A DNA stretch of 22,257 nt from Candidatus Sulfobium sp. (GTDB lineage: Bacteria > Nitrospirota > Thermodesulfovibrionia > Thermodesulfovibrionales > UBA6898): the NCBI GenBank assembly GCA_037380845.1, contig JARRRI010000033.1:1-22257 (forward strand). The letters are read 5' to 3'. Positions 8,281-14,855 of the stretch are shown in pieces; position 1 is the stretch's first letter; the number at the start of each line of letters is the position of its first letter. The position numbers were made by a program, and so were the translations under genes. A model generated the notes under the pieces. That model saw only the letters and a program-made list of their open reading frames with translations, searched no databases and was not told the DNA's origin.

Positions 8281-8352
8281 ATTTACAGAATAAGGCGTAT
8301 CGCAGGATATGTAAACCCGGTGGATGACTTAAGCCGTTCCGCCGGTGCGGAC

Positions 8353-8379
8353 AAAAAAATAGGCCCTCTGGCGAGGGCC
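8353..8379 (-). terminator. Rho-independent terminator downstream of the DsrE-like gene
   Basis: Stem GGCCCTC / 4-nt loop / GAGGGCC (8362-8379), followed on the minus strand by TATTTTTTT. Confidence 0.75.
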
Positions 8380-8456
8380 CTTATCCTGAGGGCTGGGGAT
8401 CGGGGATAAACCCTCAGGAAACCTATGCGAGCTGGAGGGTAGAATGCCCGCATAGG
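8353..8456 (-). ncRNA. Candidate structured 3'-UTR element or small RNA (three hairpins, C-rich loops)
   Basis: Perfect inverted repeats 8422-8429/8449-8456 and 8384-8392/8411-8419 precede the terminator. Both stems extend by G-U pairs only on the minus strand. Confidence 0.4.
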
Positions 8457-8468
8457 GTAGATTCAATA

Positions 8469-8951
8469 TTATATAAACAAACTTATGTTTGCATCAAGGG
8501 CAAAATCCAGAAATTCGGCAGCGCCCGCTACAATGGCCCCGTCGACCAGATCATCCTTCGTGACTCCGGTCATTTCCAGCGTAGGAGTACAGACAATAAG
8601 CTTGACGTCCATCTCCTTGCAGGCATCCACGAGCTGGGGAACGGAAGGCCAGTTTATCTTCTTGATCATGCTATTCATCATGACGGTTGCCATGGAGGTC
8701 ATCCCTGGAAGCATACCGAGAACGTTGGGAAACGGGACCGGCGAAGGCATCGCCGGGTTGGCGATAGGGGCAACTTTCAGGTTGTGGTATTTCTTCTTGT
8801 TGACTATGTCTACTCCATAAAGAGTGAAGAAAATCTGAACTTCCACGTCCATGGCAGCCGCCGTCGAAGCGAGAATGAGGGGCGGGTATGCCATGTCAAG
8901 GGTCCCTTTGCTTGCGATAATCGCCATCTTCTTCTGTGTTGTCTCTGACAT
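8469..8951 (-). CDS. DsrE/DsrF/DrsH-like (DsrE2-type) putative sulfur-carrier protein
   Basis: 160 aa. KMAIIASKGTLDMAYPPLILASTAAAMDVEVQIFFT, conserved Cys in LIVCTPTLEM, C-terminal GAAEFLDFA..SLFI. SD AAGGAG upstream. Confidence 0.88.
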   Translation of the reverse strand: MSETTQKKMAIIASKGTLDMAYPPLILASTAAAMDVEVQIFFTLYGVDIVNKKKYHNLKVAPIANPAMPSPVPFPNVLGMLPGMTSMATVMMNSMIKKINWPSVPQLVDACKEMDVKLIVCTPTLEMTGVTKDDLVDGAIVAGAAEFLDFALDANISLFI

Positions 8952-9097
8952 TTTCCTCTCCTTTTTAATTATATCATTAATCTGCTTAAAAAAAGCTCAC
9001 AATTTGTGGTTTTTCCTGCCCGATTTGATATCCCCTCCCGGACCGAGAAGACCGCGACCGTCACGAACCGAAGCAATACGGTATCTTCATCGGACTT

Positions 9098-9127
9098 ATT
9101 ATAAAAACCCCTCGGCTTTATTGTCAA
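9098..9127 (-). promoter_or_regulatory. Consensus sigma70 promoter upstream of the DsrE-like gene
   Basis: TTGACA (9127-9122), 18 nt, TATAAT (9103-9098), in an AT-rich context. Confidence 0.7.
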
Positions 9128-9173
9128 TTAATTTATAAACACTGCAATATGTGGGGACCGCAACAGGCGGGCT

Positions 9174-10514
9174 TCAGATGATGCCGTATTTCTTGAGTTT
9201 AAGGTAAAGTGTTTTTCTGTCAATCCCGAGGATCTGGCTTGCTCTTGACTGGTTGCCCCCGGCTTCATTCAGCACCCTGAGGATATATTCTTTTTCCCAT
9301 TCTTCAAGTGAGGGCTGAGCACTTTTCGCTTTGGCAGAAACGTCTGCGGGAATGGAAAGATCTTCCTGCCTGATCTTTTCGCCGTCGCACAGAATGACCG
9401 ACCTCTCGACTACATTTTCCAGCTCCCTCACGTTTCCGGGCCAGTTATAGTCGTTTAATCTCTCCATTGCCTCCGGCGTGTAGCCCTTTACCGGCTTGGA
9501 CAATTTTCCGGCATATTTTCCAAGGAAATAGCGGGCAAGTTCGGGAATGTCTTCCCTGCGTTCCCTCAAAGGCGGAATGGTTATGTTTATGACATTCAGC
9601 CTGTAGAAAAGGTCTTCTCTGAACGTTCCTTCTCTTACCAGATCAACGAGATTCTTGTTGGTCGCCGCGATGATCCTCACGTCCACCTTGAGAGTCCTGT
9701 TACTGCCGACCCGTCTGAACTCGCCGGAGTCCAGAAATCTGAGCAGCTTGGCCTGAAGCCCCAGCGGCATTTCCCCTATCTCATCGAGGAAGAGCGTCCC
9801 CTTGTCGGCCACTTCAACTATCCCGTGCTTTGTCTGGTAGGCGTTGGTGAAGGCCCCTTTCTCGTGGCCGAAGATTTCCGACTCTATGAGGTTCTCGGAG
9901 AGAGTGGCACAGTTCAGCGCCACCAGGGGCGAGCCGTTGCGTCTGCTGTAATGCCATATGGTATTGGCGATGAGTTCTTTACCCGTACCGCTCTCTCCCT
10001 GGATAAATACCGGGGAGTCGGTCGGGGCGATTTTCCGGATAAGGACCAGGATGTCCCGCAACTGCCTGCTCTTGTGGATGAAGGCGAAAGGGGTTTCTTT
10101 CCTTAGCAGTTCCTGTTGAAGCAGCCGGTTCTGTATGCTCAGTCTGCCGAATTCATACGCCCTGTTGATGACAATCGTCAGTTCATCCAGTTTGTAAGGT
10201 TTGGTCAGATAATCGTAGGCCCCGTTCTTCATCGCCTCGACCGCCGTTTCAACCGTAGCCTTCCCGGTAAGGACTATTATGACGGGCGAAGAAGGGTCCG
10301 TCTTCATTTTTTTCATGAGGGTAATCCCGTCGATTTCCGGCATCACGATATCCAGCAGGATGACGTCGAAGGTTGCTTTTTTCAGCAGGGAAAGGGCAGA
10401 TTTGCCGTCGGACGCGGTTTCTACGAAAAAGCCTTTCCTTGCGAGTTCCTTCCTGAGAAGCCTCCTGAGAGGCTCCTCATCATCGACGACAAGAATCTTT
10501 ATCGTCTCTTGCAT
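9174..10514 (-). CDS. Sigma54-dependent response regulator (NtrC/ZraR/AtoC family: REC-AAA+-Fis HTH)
   Basis: 446 aa. REC VVDDE..LLDIVMP..KP, Walker A GESGTGKE, ESEIFGHEKGAFTNA, LFLDEIGE, FREDLFYRLNV, WPGNVRELEN, HTH NQSRASQILGIDRKTLYLKL. Confidence 0.95.
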   Translation of the reverse strand: MQETIKILVVDDEEPLRRLLRKELARKGFFVETASDGKSALSLLKKATFDVILLDIVMPEIDGITLMKKMKTDPSSPVIIVLTGKATVETAVEAMKNGAYDYLTKPYKLDELTIVINRAYEFGRLSIQNRLLQQELLRKETPFAFIHKSRQLRDILVLIRKIAPTDSPVFIQGESGTGKELIANTIWHYSRRNGSPLVALNCATLSENLIESEIFGHEKGAFTNAYQTKHGIVEVADKGTLFLDEIGEMPLGLQAKLLRFLDSGEFRRVGSNRTLKVDVRIIAATNKNLVDLVREGTFREDLFYRLNVINITIPPLRERREDIPELARYFLGKYAGKLSKPVKGYTPEAMERLNDYNWPGNVRELENVVERSVILCDGEKIRQEDLSIPADVSAKAKSAQPSLEEWEKEYILRVLNEAGGNQSRASQILGIDRKTLYLKLKKYGII

Positions 10515-12954
10515 TGGTCGGTAACTTTATGACGAAGGTTGTGCCGTCTTCTTCCCTGCTCTCTACGTCGATACTGCCGCCGTGTTCCTCGACAATCTTA
10601 TGGCAGATTGCGAGTCCGAGACCGGTGCCGTCACCCACCGGTTTGGTGGTAAAGAATGGGTCGAATACCTTGTCTACGACGTCCGCCGGAATGCCGGAAC
10701 CGGTATCGGTTACCGAAACCGTTATCTGCCCGGAATCTTCGGCGTTGTTTACCCCTGCGCCACTGTCGTCCATCCCGGTGGTGATGACGATGCTCCCCTT
10801 CTGGGGCGTGTAATAAATTGAATTGATTATGATGTTCATGAAAAGCTGTCTCAGGCTTCCGGGATCTGCGCATATAACCGGCAGGTCCCTGTTAAGCCTG
10901 AGTTCTATGTTGTGGCTGAGCCGCTTGGCCTTATGGTTGACCAGGAGGATAACTTCCTTTATAAGTTCATTGATGTCGATCTCCCTGAAGGTCGAGGAAG
11001 AGGGCCTCGCGAAATCGAGGAGGCTCCTCAGTATCCCCTTGCAACGGAAGATCTCGCTGTGGATAGTCGTCAGGTATTCCGGAAAGTCCTCGAATTCCGG
11101 AAGATCGAGAAGCCGCTTGTCCTTTGCCCTGTCGATGAGGGCCTCGGAGTATCCCGCAATGATACCCAGGGGGTTGTTTATTTCGTGGGCGATACCGGCC
11201 ACAAGGGTTCCCAGGGAAGCCAGCCGGTCGGACCTTATGAGCTGCTGTTCGAGTCTTTTTTGTGCGGTTACGTCTTTCACGTAGTGGACGATCGCATAGA
11301 GACGCCCTTCCTCGTCGATGAGCGGGTACGTCCAGAAGTCAAAGATGTTTCCGCCTGCCGCCTTGATCTCGGTGAAAGAAGGCCGATGGGTGGCCAGGGT
11401 ATCCTTGCAGAGACACCCGATCCCGGTTATCCCGATCTTCTCCAGGATCCGGCTGCAGCGCTTTCCCGAGGCCTCCATTGCGGAGAGGCCCGTCTTCTGC
11501 AGCAGGGTCCGGTTGGCACGGATGACGCGCTGCCATCCGTCTTCTATCCAGACCATGTCGGTAATGGCGTCGAACGTCTTTTCCCACTCCCTTTTTTCCC
11601 TTGATATCTGCTCAAAGAGGAGTGCGTTTTCCAGAGCGACCGATATATGCTTGGCGGCGGGCAGAAGTATCTGGAGGTCCTTTTCCGAATACTTGCCGGG
11701 CTCCGTGCTGTCGAGATTGAAGACCCCGATAATCTTGTCGTGATAAAGGGGTATGCTGATAGTCGATCTTATGCCCTCGTCGAAGAGCTTCCTGTCCAGG
11801 GGGAAGGCCGCCCCGGACAGGTCATTATTGATCCAGGGCTTGTTGTGCGTTATGACCCATCCCGCGCTTGTGCCCTTGATGGGGGCTTTTACCCCTTTTT
11901 TCATCACAGTCGGCAATTTAGTATCGAGGGCGAAGATTAGCAGGTTATTCTTTTTTTCATTGTAAAGGAGGAGACTTGCCCTGCTGTAATCTATCAGTTT
12001 TCTTATCTCGGACACCATGATCCTGAAGAGTGTGCCGATGCTCAGACTGGAATTGATGATGCCGCTGAGTTCGTTAATAAGCTTTATGTGGCTTACCTTG
12101 TTCTGCAGCTGGGCGATCAGGCCGGTATTTTCTATTGCGACTCCGAGAAGACTTCCGATGGTCGAAAGAAGCTGGGCATCCAGAGATGTAAAGTACGAGC
12201 CCCGCCTGCTTGCGACCCCCAGGACGCCCCGGGTGACGCCCCGGGAGGATATCGGGACCCCTATCATGCTCTCCATACCGGCGGCCCTGTGTGTTATCCT
12301 GGGATCATCGGACATCTTCTTTACGAGCAGGGACCTCCCCGACGCGAAGACCTTTCCGTTGAAGCACTCACCCGGCTTCAGGCTCCTTACCTCGTCTGCA
12401 AATTCGGGCGCGAGACCCTTCCGGGCCTTCAGGTGTATTTTGCCGGTTTCATCATCGAAGAGATAGATCCAGCCGGCGTCGGCTTCCATAAGGGGGAGGA
12501 GCATATCAATGGTTTTCTGCATGATCTTCTTCGTATCGGAGTGGCTGGTCAGAACTGCGGCAAAGTTGTTTATTACCGAGAGCTCCTTCGTCCTCTGGGC
12601 GGCCCGCTGCTGCAGCTTTTTTCGGTCGGAGATGTCCTGCGTGACAACCAGCCTGCGCCCGTCGGGGTAAGGGATAAAGGTGACCCGGGCGGCAAAAAGC
12701 TCTCCGTTTTTTCTCCTGCAGGCGGATTCGTGATGAACGCCTGCAGCCTTCTCGTCGGGCTGTCCGTCCACCAGAATTACCAGTTCGGAAAGGGTGCGGC
12801 CGACGATTTCGCCCGCCTTATAGCCAAACGCCTTCTCGGCGACCAGGTTGCAGGAAAGGACGGCAAGGTTTTTGTCGACCACAAAGGCCGGCATTTCAAG
12901 GTAATCGAAGGCATCGGGATTTATATGGGCCTTTTTTTCAGTGACGGACGACAT
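10480..12954 (-). CDS. Cytoplasmic PAS-GAF-GAF-PAS sensor histidine kinase (NtrB-like)
   Basis: 824 aa. H-box AHEINNPL, N-box QLFMNIIINS, DTGSGI, FDPFFTTK, GTGLGL. Two GAF and two PAS-like segments, no transmembrane helix. Overlaps the response regulator start by 35 nt. Confidence 0.93.
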   Translation of the reverse strand: MSSVTEKKAHINPDAFDYLEMPAFVVDKNLAVLSCNLVAEKAFGYKAGEIVGRTLSELVILVDGQPDEKAAGVHHESACRRKNGELFAARVTFIPYPDGRRLVVTQDISDRKKLQQRAAQRTKELSVINNFAAVLTSHSDTKKIMQKTIDMLLPLMEADAGWIYLFDDETGKIHLKARKGLAPEFADEVRSLKPGECFNGKVFASGRSLLVKKMSDDPRITHRAAGMESMIGVPISSRGVTRGVLGVASRRGSYFTSLDAQLLSTIGSLLGVAIENTGLIAQLQNKVSHIKLINELSGIINSSLSIGTLFRIMVSEIRKLIDYSRASLLLYNEKKNNLLIFALDTKLPTVMKKGVKAPIKGTSAGWVITHNKPWINNDLSGAAFPLDRKLFDEGIRSTISIPLYHDKIIGVFNLDSTEPGKYSEKDLQILLPAAKHISVALENALLFEQISREKREWEKTFDAITDMVWIEDGWQRVIRANRTLLQKTGLSAMEASGKRCSRILEKIGITGIGCLCKDTLATHRPSFTEIKAAGGNIFDFWTYPLIDEEGRLYAIVHYVKDVTAQKRLEQQLIRSDRLASLGTLVAGIAHEINNPLGIIAGYSEALIDRAKDKRLLDLPEFEDFPEYLTTIHSEIFRCKGILRSLLDFARPSSSTFREIDINELIKEVILLVNHKAKRLSHNIELRLNRDLPVICADPGSLRQLFMNIIINSIYYTPQKGSIVITTGMDDSGAGVNNAEDSGQITVSVTDTGSGIPADVVDKVFDPFFTTKPVGDGTGLGLAICHKIVEEHGGSIDVESREEDGTTFVIKLPTNARDDKDSCRR

Positions 12955-13042
12955 AATTTATTATAACATCCCCTTCTCCGGACCGGCCATGAATGGCTCT
13001 CGCTTAACAGCGGGCAGCGGGTGGACAAGGCGCGTGGCCACC

Positions 13043-13070
13043 TTGACATTTTACGGCTGTATGATAGGCT
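13043..13070 (+). promoter_or_regulatory. Putative sigma70 promoter of the YtxH-like gene
   Basis: TTGACA (13043-13048), 16 nt, TAGGCT (13065-13070) with an extended -10 TG. Confidence 0.45.
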
Positions 13071-13087
13071 TGAATCAGGAGGACACC

Positions 13088-13429
13088 ATGGATGACAACG
13101 GGAAGATGATAGGCGGAGCTTTCTTGCTGGGCGGAGTTGCGGGTGCCGTTATAGCCCTTCTTTACGCGCCCAAGTCAGGCAGAGAAACCAGGAGAGACGT
13201 TTCGAAGGCCGCACGCCGTATAAGCGATGACACGGTGGATCTCATTGAGGAGACCATTGAAGATGTGAACGGCTTCGCGAGCGATTTGAAGGAAAAGACG
13301 TCGGACATTATGGAGCAGGGGACGGACTTATCGGGCAAGGCGTGGAAAGAGGTTATGTCCACGCTGGAACAGGGGCAGAGGGCACTTGAAAAGAGAAGAA
13401 AGAGGTTGAGGAAGGCCCTGGGCATTTAA
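13088..13429 (+). CDS. YtxH-domain protein
   Basis: FLLGGVAGAVIALLYAPKSGRETRRD is the YtxH signature, followed by a coiled-coil tail. Start moved from the track's 12941 to ATG 13088, which follows SD AGGAGG. Confidence 0.88.
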   Translation: MDDNGKMIGGAFLLGGVAGAVIALLYAPKSGRETRRDVSKAARRISDDTVDLIEETIEDVNGFASDLKEKTSDIMEQGTDLSGKAWKEVMSTLEQGQRALEKRRKRLRKALGI

Positions 13430-13598
13430 GGGGTGAGGTCCGTAAAGGCGGCAGAGATGAAAATGAGGGGGGGCAGAAAGCTGCCGGCGCAGGCAGATAT
13501 CATTTCCGTATTGACCGACATTATTCACGAACTCCAGAGGTTGTGACACAAGGCGGGACAGAGGTCTCGATCTGTGCCGTTTATGGACAACCCGCAGG

Positions 13599-14570
13599 CT
13601 AGGGGTTCCAGAGATACATGAACTGCGCACCGGGGGAAAAGGGGAGTTGCTCGGCGTTTATCGAGAGGAGGTTTATAACCTGCGCGCCGCCCGGGGGCGT
13701 CAGAGGAGACTCCGAATATATATTGGATTTGAAAGTGCCCTGCCGGATATAGGTGACCACTTTGGCCTTCTTTATATGGAGGGCCTTTTTCATGGTGTCG
13801 ATCGTTTCGTCCAGGTAGGATACCTGGTCGATCAGTTTTGCCTTGAGGGCATCGCCCGCCGTAAGTATCCTCCCATCGGCAAGGGTCTTTATCTCTGCCC
13901 TGGTCAGGACTTTCTGCCTGCTTGCGAAGACCACATCCAGGAAGCGGGCATAGAGCTTGTCGATTATCCCCTGCAGCATCTTCCTTTCCTCCTCCGTGCT
14001 CGGCCGGAAGGGCGACCAGAAATCCTTTTTGGGGCCGGACTTATAGGTCTCCTCCGATACACCGATCTTCGAAAGGAGCTTCTCGATTTCGATCTTCATT
14101 GCTATGACGCCTATGCTCCCGGTAATAGCCGAGGGGCCGGCCGCTATATGGTCCGCCGCCGAGGCCACGTAATAGGCCCCTGAGGCCCCGAGTTCCATGA
14201 TCTGTGCATAAACCGGAACCTTCTTCTTCTCCCTGAAGCGCATGATCTCGTGATAGATCGTATCGCTGGCGGCAACGGTCCCTCCTGGGGAGTTTATCCT
14301 CACGATTACGCCCGCGACATCATTGTCCGCTTCGGCCTTCAGCAGGGCCTCCCTGAAAAAAGCGACCATCGACGGTCTCTTCTTTAATCCGAAGTAGCCC
14401 GTTTTCTGTTTGAAGGAAATGACGCCATCCAGGTCGACGAGAAGGATCTTCTGCTTCCCTTCGCCCTCCAGCAGTTTTTCCTCCAGCGGTTTTGTCTTCG
14501 GCAGGAGGGACACGGCGCAACCCGACAGCACCAGAAGAGAAATGACAAAAAGAAAGAGGCTTCTTTTCAT
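13599..14570 (-). CDS. sppA: Signal peptide peptidase SppA (36K type, peptidase S49), predicted lipoprotein
   Basis: 323 aa. Lipobox LSGC, RINSPGG, GASGAYYVASAAD, TGSIGVI, KSGPKKD, ADGRILTA. Confidence 0.93.
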   Translation of the reverse strand: MKRSLFLFVISLLVLSGCAVSLLPKTKPLEEKLLEGEGKQKILLVDLDGVISFKQKTGYFGLKKRPSMVAFFREALLKAEADNDVAGVIVRINSPGGTVAASDTIYHEIMRFREKKKVPVYAQIMELGASGAYYVASAADHIAAGPSAITGSIGVIAMKIEIEKLLSKIGVSEETYKSGPKKDFWSPFRPSTEEERKMLQGIIDKLYARFLDVVFASRQKVLTRAEIKTLADGRILTAGDALKAKLIDQVSYLDETIDTMKKALHIKKAKVVTYIRQGTFKSNIYSESPLTPPGGAQVINLLSINAEQLPFSPGAQFMYLWNP

Positions 14571-14855
14571 AAGTGACTCCCAATTGACGCGTATTCAACT
14601 GTTAAGAAAATTTCACCGTCGAGTCGCAGAGACCACACAGATTTATCAGCCGCCGGCAAAGTCAGTAGATTTCTGCTTTCCGCTGAGAGGCCGGTTGAAT
14701 GTATGTTTTTTTCTTTTTGCCACCAGATGAACTCTATTAAGAAAATTATATCAAGGAAGGGAGATCTTCCAAACAGGAAAAGAAGAGGGCACGGCACATC
14801 CAGCCTTTTTCTCGTTTCTGCCATGGAAAACCTGTTTTGAAATATAATAGATGGA

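Noticed and set aside
8985..9002. Rex-like operator starting TTGTGA on the minus strand
   Set aside because: Only one half-site matches TTGTGAA-N4-TTCACAA.
9061..9090. Possible selenocysteine read-through of the uORF TGA
   Set aside because: The read-through product is low-complexity, has no CxxU-type motif, and no convincing SECIS hairpin follows.
12941..13087. N-terminal extension of the YtxH ORF in the track
   Set aside because: It overlaps the divergent kinase start and the promoter; the SD and family signature point to ATG 13088.
12955..14855. Sigma54 -24/-12 promoter for the local activator
   Set aside because: GGCAC/TGGC-like words near 13035 and 14792 lack a correctly spaced TTGC.
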